Positions 9,701 to 17,413 of a stretch of 36,781 bases of DNA are shown here, piece by piece; the stretch's first letter is position 1, and each line of letters opens with the position of its first letter. The notes under the pieces are model-generated. The model was not told the origin of the DNA. It was given only the letters and a program-made list of their open reading frames with translations, and ran no database searches. The DNA comes from Candidatus Moraniibacteriota bacterium (GTDB lineage: Bacteria > Patescibacteriota > Minisyncoccia > Moranbacterales > UBA2206), in assembly GCA_023261605.1 (NCBI GenBank), contig JAHFOP010000003.1:1-36781 (forward strand), in the 5' to 3' direction. A program made the translations under genes and the position numbers.

Positions 9701-12700
9701 TCATACTGGCCGTGATTGTCCCCCCATCCAGCGAACCGAGGTTTATTCCATTGACGATGATGGCACCGTTTGAGCCAACGCTTCCTGTCCCAGTGACTGT
9801 GCTTGTTGCGGAATTGATATCGTCTATGGAATAGCTGACGCTGGCGTTGGCCTCCCCCGTCCCGGTGATTGTCACTTGGCTTTTATTGGAGTCTGTGATT
9901 GGATCAAGAAGTGTAATACTCGGAGCGAGAGGTGCCGTTGTGTCGATCACGATATCGCTGCTCTCTGCAAGATTGCTGGACAGCGTGAAATTGGTCATTT
10001 GGTTTTGAGCCAGATCCTTGATTATTCCGGAGACATTAGAAACGTTGAGATCAGTACTGTTTTCTCCGGCTTGGACCAAGTAGCTGCAGCTGGTTCTGTC
10101 AGAACTAGAAACAGTGAAAGCGCAGCTTCCGCCGCTGTTAAAAGTCACAGCCGCATATCCTGTGGTATTGACCGGCTCGGAAAAAGTGAAATCAACATTG
10201 ATTGATTCTCCCGCCTTAAAGCTTCCATTGGGGTGGCTCGAAGTGACGTTGGCGATAGTAGGCTTGCCGGTGGGAGTCGTGTCGATCACAATGGCTTTGT
10301 TCGCCGCCAGATTGGTAGCGGGAGTGAAATTGGTCAGAGTGTTTTGGGCTTGGTCTTTGATTGTTCCGGAAATACTGAAGGCGTCGAGATCAATGCTGTT
10401 TTCTCCGCTTTGCACGATATAATCGCAGGTGCCGAAATTGGAATTGCTGATAGGAAATGTGCAGCTTCCTCCACTGTCAAGCGTCACCGTTACGAGATTC
10501 GAAGTGACCGGCTCAGAAAAAGTCACATCAATGTCGATCAATTCCGGATCAGAAAATGTTCCATCAGCATGATTGGAGCTGACACCATTGATCACTGGCG
10601 CCGTCGTATCAATCACAATAGCTTTGTTCGCCGCCAGATTGGTCGCGGGAACAAAATTTGTCATCGGATTCAGCGCTTGATCATTGATTGTCCCGGTAAT
10701 CGCTTGCACATTAAGATCTGAGGATGTGTCTCCGGCTTGCACGACATAGTCGCAAGTTCCAAAATTAGAATTATTCACCGGGAATGAGCATGATTGATCG
10801 GTTGTTCCGGTTTCCAAAGTAACCGTAACATCTCCGGTGGAAGTGACGTTTTCGGAAAAAGTCACATCGATGTCAATGGTTTCTCCGGCTTTGAAACTTC
10901 CGTCGGCGTGGTTGGAAGAAATATTGGAAACGGTTGGACTGCTATTATCCTTAATAACACCTGTCTGGCTATTTGTCCCAGCATTTAAAGCCGGGTCAAT
11001 ATCTCTAAGATAAAGATTGAAAGCTCCATCACCCAGCGCATCCCATCCCGTTAAAGAACTAAGCGCGGTACTTCCGCTGGAGCAGCTTACCCAATTTAAA
11101 TTATCAATAGAACATTCCGGATTAACTATCTCGTCATCTGAAAATGTAATTTTAGCGCCATCACCCGCTCTCACCCCCGCAGTCGGATAAGTGATATTAA
11201 CCGTCGGCGCCGTCGTGTCAATTACGATATTTTTATTTTGGTTTAAGTTAGTCGCGGGAACAAAATTTGTCATCGGATTCAGCGCTTGATCATTGATTGT
11301 CCCGGTAATCGCTTGCACATTAAGATCTGAGGATGTGTCTCCGGCTTGCACGACATAGTCGCAAGTTCCAAAATTAGAATTATTCACCGGGAATGAGCAT
11401 GATTGATCGGTTGTTCCGGTTTCCAAAGTAACCGTAACATCTCCGGTGGAAGTGACGTTTTCGGAAAAAGTCACATCGATGTCAATGGTTTCTCCGGCTT
11501 TGAAACTTCCGTCGGCGTGGTTGGAAGAAATATTGGAAACGGTTGGCGTGGCATTATCCACGTTAAGTTGCCCAACATTTACATAAGCAACATTGTTCGC
11601 ATTGTCAGTCGCCGCAACGCAAAGATAATCCGAGTGGTCACCGGTAATATTGAAATTGATGCCGCTGGAAAAAGAATTATTTATCGTATCGTTTTCATCA
11701 CAAATATTATTCAAACTAAAACCGTAAAATTGCGAAGCCACTCCTGTTCCTCCAACGTCACTCACGGTCAAGTTTATCGTGTCTGTTTTAGCAGACGATC
11801 CAGACACCCCATCATTTATGACAAAGGTCGGGATGACCGTGTCAATAATGAAAGTGTCTACGTTATTATTATCATCCATTGTGTTTCCGGCTAAATCTTT
11901 TGCTCCGCTTATTTTGAGAGTTGCCGTTCCATTGGCATCCCCAGACACAACATTGATTGTTCCTGACCAATGCGTTGAATCAGTATAACCCCCTGTTACG
12001 GGGAGATTGTTCGTGTCATTTTTTTCAATAGTCGCCGTTAAAGAAACGGACTGATCCATTGGATTATCAAAAGTTAGAGAAACATTGACTACTCCCGCCT
12101 TAGCATTATCCGGACTTACTAGCCCACTGATTATCACTGGCTTAATTGTATCGGTGTAGGCCGCCCTGGACGCTTCATCAGTTGGATTGACGTCAGTCGA
12201 AGTGTTACTAAGAACATCCGTTCCGGTAAGTTTAATGTTTTCCAGCGAAGTCCCCGAGGCACTGGCATCATAAATGATATCTCTCGAATATCTATAATCG
12301 TTATTACTAATCAGAGTAGTTGGTAATGATACTACATCATTACCAGTTCCTTCCGCATCAATGCTGATTGTTGGAGCACCATTCAATGCTTCGTTGGCGC
12401 TGATTTTTAAATAGTAAGTTCCGGCTTTAAGTTCCGGATTATCGCCCAGTGAATTCAATAAATCAAAATCGGAATAATATTGAACGGAAAAAGTCGGGCC
12501 GGTCGTATCTTTACTGACGGTATCATTTCCGCTAACACTCACATTCTGCGCTATATCCACCAGTGTTACTGTGGCCGTCAGTGTTCCATCATCCAATCCT
12601 GCGACACTTATCCCCGTAATGTCAGTTGAGCCATCCGGCTCTATGATATCTGAATTTCCCGCAACCGGATTGGTAAAAGTATTTCCTACATCATCGATAG

Positions 12701-14534
12701 AATAATGAATGGTCGCCCCCACCTCTCCACTAACACGAAGTGTAACATTGTTTTTATTCGCATTATTTATTGGATCAGTCATAAATTGCACCACACTAGG
12801 CTGATCCGGAGCAATAGTGTCAATTATAATCGCAGAACCATCGGAAATGTTGGTGACCGGCAGAGATGTCCCCAACTGTTCATTTCCCGCCATATCAATC
12901 GCGCTTTGATTTCCAATTGTCGCCACTCTCAAATCAGAACTGTTTTCTCCGGAACCTGTCGCGCCCACGACATAGCTGCCGCTAAGTTTATTGCCGGAAA
13001 CAATGGCAGAAAGAGTCATTTCTTTTCCCGAATCAAGCGTTACTGTAATGTTTGATCCATCAGCTAAATCTTCACTGGCGCCATAAGTCGCAGTAATGTT
13101 TATCGCGCTTCCTGGCCCATAAATATTGTCCGGCGAAGTGGAGGTGAAAGAAACTAATTGTGGAGCAGAAGTATCAAAAGTAACACCCGTTCTATCTATC
13201 TGATTAGCAGTGTTACCTGAAATATCCGCCCCACTGAAACTAAACGTATAGACCGTCCCGTCAACCAAGGAAACTTCTCCGCCTTGACAATTAGTGGTAT
13301 CGAAATTATTATGCGCTCCACTATTCAGAGCTGTTCCAATCAATACGCAGGTATGAGAAGGAGTCGGATCAGCAGCGCCGCCAGTCCTAGTTATAACAAT
13401 CGAGGCGCTATTCAACGTTTCAGAAAGCGTATAGGAAATATCTGAGTTTGCAGAAAGACTGTTCATGAATGATGATACTCCCGGCGAAACACCAGAAAAA
13501 ATCGGTGCCACTGTGTCCACTAAAATATCAGAAACCAGATGGATGTTACCGCTTGGCATAGTAATTCCCGTATGACAATAATTATTGGAGTCACAAACGT
13601 TTTGTGAAATCAACGAAGAAACTCTCAAGTCAACGGAATTTTCTCCGGAACCGGTTGCGCCAACTGTGTATGTTCCGGATAAAGTATTTGTGCCGACCGT
13701 GTTCAAAACAACTTCCACGCCTGTATCCAAAAGTACTGTCGCTGTTGAGGAGGCGCCTAGATTATTAGAGGCGCTGTCAACGTAGTTGGCTGTAATGTTT
13801 ATTTCATCCCCCGGACCATACGAGCCACTGGGACTAGATGAAGAAAAAGAAACCAAATAGGGCGCGCCAGTAGTGAAAGTCGAGTCGATTCCATAAAATG
13901 TAAAATTGCCGTAAATATCTTTCACCCTTGGCATATAATGTTTAACTGTTCCAGCGGAAAGACCGGCGATGGTCATGCTATGACTGGTGGTTGGAGTCTC
14001 CTCATCTCCAATTAATTGTCCATAATCGCTGGTTGATCCATAGGCCACATAAGAGTAGGACGCAATATCTGTTTCCCAAGTAATTGTCGCGTAAGTATTT
14101 GTAACTTCCGCCAGTCTAACATTGCTAATGACCGGCGCAGCCGCTGTTGTGAAGGAAAAACCTATCCCTCCATTATCATCAATTGTTTGATCGCCATTGG
14201 AATCAGTCGATCTTACTCTAAATTTGTAAGAAATATTGGGGTCCAGGTTGTTAATTGTAATACTGTGTCCTTTGACATATGAACTGGCGTTGCCACGCGT
14301 ATTGTCATAATTAGTCGTAAGTCCATAATCAACAAAGGAATTGGCGTCAATATCCGTTGTCCAAGTAATAGTCGCACTGATGGTTGTGATAGCGGAACTC
14401 CCCGTAGCAGAAATAACCGGAAAAGCCGCTTGCGCTTTTTGCGGAAAAACAAAAACAACTAAAAACATAAGCCCCGTCGCAATCCACGCAAGCTTATTTT
14501 CTTTAATTTTAAATTGAATTATTTTATTTTTCAT
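6795..14534 (-). CDS. Giant (2,579 aa) secreted FN3 / Ig-like repeat adhesin-like surface protein
   Basis: Track ORF with signal peptide MKNKIIQFKIKENKLAWIATGLMFLVVFVFPQKAQA|A. There are 2 N-terminal and about 6 C-terminal FN3 (purple-acid-phosphatase-N-like) modules (ITWTTD...YGLTTNYD...HSITINNLDPNISYKFRVRS). There are about 8 Ig/cadherin-like ~100-aa repeats (SNHADGSFKAGETIDIDVTFSE..., SYGPGxxINITANY). I recognised no LPXTG motif or C-terminal TM anchor. Confidence 0.9.
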   Translation of the reverse strand: MKNKIIQFKIKENKLAWIATGLMFLVVFVFPQKAQAAFPVISATGSSAITTISATITWTTDIDANSFVDYGLTTNYDNTRGNASSYVKGHSITINNLDPNISYKFRVRSTDSNGDQTIDDNGGIGFSFTTAAAPVISNVRLAEVTNTYATITWETDIASYSYVAYGSTSDYGQLIGDEETPTTSHSMTIAGLSAGTVKHYMPRVKDIYGNFTFYGIDSTFTTGAPYLVSFSSSSPSGSYGPGDEINITANYVDSASNNLGASSTATVLLDTGVEVVLNTVGTNTLSGTYTVGATGSGENSVDLRVSSLISQNVCDSNNYCHTGITMPSGNIHLVSDILVDTVAPIFSGVSPGVSSFMNSLSANSDISYTLSETLNSASIVITRTGGAADPTPSHTCVLIGTALNSGAHNNFDTTNCQGGEVSLVDGTVYTFSFSGADISGNTANQIDRTGVTFDTSAPQLVSFTSTSPDNIYGPGSAINITATYGASEDLADGSNITVTLDSGKEMTLSAIVSGNKLSGSYVVGATGSGENSSDLRVATIGNQSAIDMAGNEQLGTSLPVTNISDGSAIIIDTIAPDQPSVVQFMTDPINNANKNNVTLRVSGEVGATIHYSIDDVGNTFTNPVAGNSDIIEPDGSTDITGISVAGLDDGTLTATVTLVDIAQNVSVSGNDTVSKDTTGPTFSVQYYSDFDLLNSLGDNPELKAGTYYLKISANEALNGAPTISIDAEGTGNDVVSLPTTLISNNDYRYSRDIIYDASASGTSLENIKLTGTDVLSNTSTDVNPTDEASRAAYTDTIKPVIISGLVSPDNAKAGVVNVSLTFDNPMDQSVSLTATIEKNDTNNLPVTGGYTDSTHWSGTINVVSGDANGTATLKISGAKDLAGNTMDDNNNVDTFIIDTVIPTFVINDGVSGSSAKTDTINLTVSDVGGTGVASQFYGFSLNNICDENDTINNSFSSGINFNITGDHSDYLCVAATDNANNVAYVNVGQLNVDNATPTVSNISSNHADGSFKAGETIDIDVTFSENVTSTGDVTVTLETGTTDQSCSFPVNNSNFGTCDYVVQAGDTSSDLNVQAITGTINDQALNPMTNFVPATNLNQNKNIVIDTTAPTVNITYPTAGVRAGDGAKITFSDDEIVNPECSIDNLNWVSCSSGSTALSSLTGWDALGDGAFNLYLRDIDPALNAGTNSQTGVIKDNSSPTVSNISSNHADGSFKAGETIDIDVTFSENVTSTGDVTVTLETGTTDQSCSFPVNNSNFGTCDYVVQAGDTSSDLNVQAITGTINDQALNPMTNFVPATNLAANKAIVIDTTAPVINGVSSNHADGTFSDPELIDIDVTFSEPVTSNLVTVTLDSGGSCTFPISNSNFGTCDYIVQSGENSIDLDAFSISGTIKDQAQNTLTNFTPATNLAANKAIVIDTTPTGKPTIANVTSSHPNGSFKAGESINVDFTFSEPVNTTGYAAVTFNSGGSCAFTVSSSDRTSCSYLVQAGENSTDLNVSNVSGIIKDLAQNQMTNFTLSSNLAESSDIVIDTTAPLAPSITLLDPITDSNKSQVTITGTGEANASVSYSIDDINSATSTVTGTGSVGSNGAIIVNGINLGSLDGGTITASMTLTDLAGNESATGEDMATSQIVKPTITNVTSDHADGTFHAREVINVELTFSELVTSTGDVSVTFDSGGSCTFSVTDSDTASCEYTVQTGENSFDLNVSNISGTIRDQAGNAMINFVPTLNLANNKDIVVDTTAVILNSFTSTTSDNIYGPGSKINITANYSENVVNGSITIILNTGTEITLDTITGGKTITGTYTVGATGSNENTSDLAISSISSQTVCDINTKCVTDTLLPNTNISSTSDIVVDTVAPDFFDILPANSSNIQSVTTNSNISFSLSENISSGSITITRTAWLADPGSPHVCILQGAALLQGEHIVFDTADCQGGAIDLVPGAVYKFLFQGEDLYGNASKEDEITGVSFGIDNSAPVISGVATSNSTSSSIVITWTTSELSNSLVDFGTDTTYGKTLGNSNESKMEHSVTIDNLEPGTEYKFRVRSADSENNSSIDDNGGAGYDFVTPFLATISNMNVGEITSSSATVTWNSDSAAYSYIYYGTTEDYGMIIGKEETLTENHSITIAGLSPNTKYYFRARTKDLNGNFSLGTESEFTTLDGTASDALDTTPPTISGAKVSKGLNSSMLVSWKTNKICNGMVRYGLDKNYGQSMAEDATIYSTGKFSSNHEVALDNLLSNTTYYYSIVSYDSSGNIAVSSDKTFKTDALSTVSSVKVTDVTLNSATIVWETGDPTTSEVEFGLTTEYGQQKANVQKTNMHKIELIGLAASKTYHFRVRGENKDNNSVFSDDYIFATNDKPEIRDKSIGEVTDSRVTLKWTTNVETDSQVEYLNKNDPTDKGTQGLPDLAVEHNLTIEGLNQGSEYEIKIKGTDANKISFESEVFSVTTLIDKTAPEISQINSQASFISNKDEKVQSIISWKTDEAATSQVVFDTKKDSNNGDTLQKSMEDENLSTNHVVVLTNLKSAAVYYFRVISKDKNSNTSESEEFSLLTPRKQKSVIQLIISNFEDTFGWMQKMKL
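10642..11546. repeat. Perfect 296-bp direct repeat inside the adhesin gene (10642-10937 and 11251-11546, 609 bp apart)
   Basis: Base-by-base comparison of the two stretches, from GTCGCGGGAACAAAATTTGTCATCGG to GAAACGGTTGG. They encode an identical ~98-aa Ig-like module (PTVSNISSNHADGSFKAGETIDIDVTFSENVTSTGDVTVTLETGTTDQSC...PATNL). The offset is 609 = 3 x 203, so it is in frame. Confidence 0.9.
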
Positions 14535-14550
14535 TATGAAAAAATTTCTT

Positions 14551-15804
14551 TTATTTTTGCTTTAGCGCCACTAACGGATTCAGTTTTGAGGCACGCAGTG
14601 AAGGATAAATTCCGGTAATAAGCCCAATGAACGTGGAAAAAATCATGATAAAAACAATAAACCAAACTGGCGTGAAAAACATTTGCACTGACTGACCACC
14701 TAACGCTTTGGCTAAAAAATTAAATCCATAATTAGCTAAATTCGTTCCCAAAAAACCCAGTACAATTCCACCCACTCCACCTAAGAACCCGATAAGAACC
14801 GACTCGGTCAGAAATAAAAATAAAATTTCTCTTCTAGAGGCACCAATCGATCGCATTATTCCGATTTCATTGGTTCTTTCGAGCAAAGAAATAGTCATTG
14901 TGTTGAACATCCCAATGGCAGAAACGGTCAGAGATATAATGCCAAATAGCGCCAGAACTATCTGGATGATGGAAAAAATCTTATTAGTTTCATCCACTGT
15001 ATCAGTCAGCGCCATAACGGAAAAACCTTGACTCGTAACTTCGTTCCTAATCGCTTCCAAATTCGATTGGCTTTCTATCTTTATTTTTACTTCATCAAAA
15101 TAGTCCGGAGCAATTTCCCGCGTCCATCCACTTGGAATGAATCCGGAGCTTTCCGAGGGATCATCCAGGATTCCACAAATCACAAATTTCATATCCAAAT
15201 TGACCATTTCATTTTCGAATAGAAGATCTTGCTTTTCTTTTTTCCCCGGACTTTCTTTGGGAATAACGAGTGTAATTTCCACTTCTTTGCCAAGGGCACT
15301 ATTAAAATCTTCGAATCCCAAAGAAGTTAAAGTACCGGTAGATAAAATGATTTTTGCTTCCTTATCCCCCACATACCTTTCGCCGCCAGAAAGTTCAATT
15401 CCACCAAGACGAAGAAAATTCCCATCCACCGAAGAAAGTTTGGCACTACTGGTAACGCTTTCAAATTTTAATTGAGCGGAAACAATTTGTTGCGGACTCA
15501 CCTCTAAAACATTTTTCATTTGAGAAAATTTTTCCACCATTTGTTTGTCTATCTTAATTATTTGAGGGTTAGATGAAGTCACGTCAATTGTCAAAAGAGC
15601 GTCTGATTTCGCAATTTTATCTAAAAGTATTTTTTGTAAACCATAACCCAAAGAAACCAGGAACAAGGTCGTGCCGATTCCCACGCTTATTCCAAGTACG
15701 GTTAAAAATGTTCGAAGTTTTCTTGTCTTAAAATTTCTAACTGCCAGTTTCACATTGTCCGTTGCAAACATATTTTTCTTTTTTTTGAAAAAGTTACCTG
15801 CCAA
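14551..15804 (-). CDS. ABC transporter permease, MacB/FtsX family (4 TM with large extracytoplasmic domain)
   Basis: Track ORF of 417 aa. TM1 is RTFLTVLGISVGIGTTLFLV, followed by a ~230-aa loop. The C-terminal FtsX-type 3-TM bundle carries ERTNEIGIMRSIGASRREI. It overlaps the upstream ATPase gene by 11 nt. Confidence 0.85.
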   Translation of the reverse strand: MAGNFFKKKKNMFATDNVKLAVRNFKTRKLRTFLTVLGISVGIGTTLFLVSLGYGLQKILLDKIAKSDALLTIDVTSSNPQIIKIDKQMVEKFSQMKNVLEVSPQQIVSAQLKFESVTSSAKLSSVDGNFLRLGGIELSGGERYVGDKEAKIILSTGTLTSLGFEDFNSALGKEVEITLVIPKESPGKKEKQDLLFENEMVNLDMKFVICGILDDPSESSGFIPSGWTREIAPDYFDEVKIKIESQSNLEAIRNEVTSQGFSVMALTDTVDETNKIFSIIQIVLALFGIISLTVSAIGMFNTMTISLLERTNEIGIMRSIGASRREILFLFLTESVLIGFLGGVGGIVLGFLGTNLANYGFNFLAKALGGQSVQMFFTPVWFIVFIMIFSTFIGLITGIYPSLRASKLNPLVALKQK

Positions 15805-17221
15805 ATTTAAGAAGCATCATCACTTCAAACTTTCGGGAAATGTTTCTCGCGCTTCTTTTGTTCATTCCCACTCCTCCGTTTTCAAAAGGACGATCCAGAT
15901 ATTCTTGAAATTCGTTCTTGCCTATTTTTGAAAGTAACCGATATTCAATTCCCTTATTCAAAGCCGCTACCTGACTCAAGGATAATTCTCCATTATATTC
16001 TTCCAAGAGAGATTTTCTCACTTCATCGATTGTTCTTTCAAATGAGCTCTTTTTATTTTCTCTAACACCATACGCTTCTTCCTGAATAAAATCAGCCTTA
16101 ACAGCCACCTCCTCAACAAGCGCGGAAAATTTAAGCGCCGTGTTTTTATTCAATCCCACTCCGCCACTTTCAATTGAAGAATCAAATATTTCAAAAAGCT
16201 CTTCTTGGCTGATCGTTTTCAACAAGCGCCTAGTAACCGCCGCCTCCATTATTTCAATCTCCCTGTAATCAAAGTTACTTAGAAGATAAGCCACCAACAT
16301 CTTAGCCTTAAAAGGAGCCATCATCACTTGCAGTTGCATAGAAGACAAATCCGGATAGGCTTGCAACAAAAGATCCAGCTCGGTTCTCTCCTTTTTTATC
16401 CCGCCATACTCATTTTCTCCGCGGATTATCTTTCTCTGTTCATTAATTTCTATTTTTATTATTTTTCCGTCTTTCATATAAACTATGCGATCGGCATAAA
16501 ACAACTGCTCGGGATTATGAGTTACCGCTACCACAGTTTTTTTCTCATGCAGATTAAGCGAATTGAAAATTTCCAAAACATTTTGCGCCGCCTCGCTGTC
16601 CAAATTACCCGTCGCTTCATCAGAAAGCAAAATTGGCGGATCATTTATAAGCGCTCTAGCAATTCCCACCCTTTGCTGTTGTCCGCCGGAAAGATCTTGC
16701 GGCAATCTATTTTCAAAAGAATCCACATTAAATTTTTTCAAAAGAATCCGACCATTTTTTTTTCTTTCCTGCGACCGAACCCTTTTGAAAATTTGTGGCA
16801 AGATAACATTATCCAATACACTTAGAGACGGAATAAGATTATACGTCTGAAAAACCATCCCGGTTTTTTTACGATGAAAGTTATTCAGATCGTTCGAAGA
16901 AAGATGCGCCAAATTTTGTCCGTCAACAAAAATTTTTCCCACGGTTGGAATTTCGAGCCCCGCGATAATGTTCAGAAGCGTTGACTTCCCCGACCCGGAT
17001 GGCCCAAAAAAAATAATATATTCTCCGGAATATATCTCGAGATTGATTCCATCCAACGCACGGGACTCATTGTTTTTTCCGGCAAAATAGATGACACTCA
17101 AATCTTTTATTCTGATGATCGGTTTTTCTTCAATTTCATTTTGGTCATCAGGAAGATCGACAGGAGGAGTTCCTGTATTTTTCAAATCAATTGTTGTGAG
17201 AAAAGGCGAATTCATAAGCAA
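15794..17221 (-). CDS. ABC transporter ATP-binding protein (MacB/LolD/FtsE-like) with ~215-aa duplicated C-terminal extension
   Basis: Track ORF of 475 aa. It has Walker A (GPSGSGKST), signature (LSGGQQQRVGIARAL) and Walker B (ILLSDEATGNLD). Residues ~260-475 are extra and contain two related ~50-aa units centred on GGVGLNKNTA and GGVGMNKRSA, 96 aa apart. Confidence 0.85.
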   Translation of the reverse strand: MLMNSPFLTTIDLKNTGTPPVDLPDDQNEIEEKPIIRIKDLSVIYFAGKNNESRALDGINLEIYSGEYIIFFGPSGSGKSTLLNIIAGLEIPTVGKIFVDGQNLAHLSSNDLNNFHRKKTGMVFQTYNLIPSLSVLDNVILPQIFKRVRSQERKKNGRILLKKFNVDSFENRLPQDLSGGQQQRVGIARALINDPPILLSDEATGNLDSEAAQNVLEIFNSLNLHEKKTVVAVTHNPEQLFYADRIVYMKDGKIIKIEINEQRKIIRGENEYGGIKKERTELDLLLQAYPDLSSMQLQVMMAPFKAKMLVAYLLSNFDYREIEIMEAAVTRRLLKTISQEELFEIFDSSIESGGVGLNKNTALKFSALVEEVAVKADFIQEEAYGVRENKKSSFERTIDEVRKSLLEEYNGELSLSQVAALNKGIEYRLLSKIGKNEFQEYLDRPFENGGVGMNKRSARNISRKFEVMMLLKFGR

Positions 17222-17313
17222 GATTTTTTCTTTTATTTTTGTTAAATATGGCCAAAAAAGACCTTCTCAATCAGCCGTTTATTTAAAGCTCAATATTAAT
17301 TTTTTCCTCACCT

Positions 17314-17326
17314 ATATTTTACCACA
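17314..17326 (-). promoter_or_regulatory. Putative extended -10 promoter TGTGGTAAAATAT upstream of the ABC/adhesin operon
   Basis: The minus strand reads TGTGGTAAAATAT, which fits TGn + TAAAAT. The identical 13-mer recurs at 27157-27169 in front of another operon. It lies just downstream of the terminator at 17362-17396. Confidence 0.4.
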
Positions 17327-17361
17327 AATCGACCGCAAAAAAAAGGCGAAGAACTCCCGAA

Positions 17362-17396
17362 TAAAAAGCGGCTTTCCTTTCGAAAAAGCCGCTTTT
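17362..17396 (-). terminator. Rho-independent terminator after the DUF916-like gene
   Basis: The minus-strand RNA reads AAAAGCGGCUUU-(9 nt loop)-AAAGCCGCUUUU followed by UAUU. The stem is perfect, and it sits 17 nt after the stop at 17414. Confidence 0.6.
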
Positions 17397-17413
17397 AATT
17401 CTATTTTTTCGTC

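Noticed and set aside
10642-11546. Diversity-generating retroelement (template/variable repeat pair), which is common in CPR
   Set aside because: The two copies are 100% identical with no adenine-specific mismatches. Both are inside the same gene, and the window has no reverse-transcriptase ORF.
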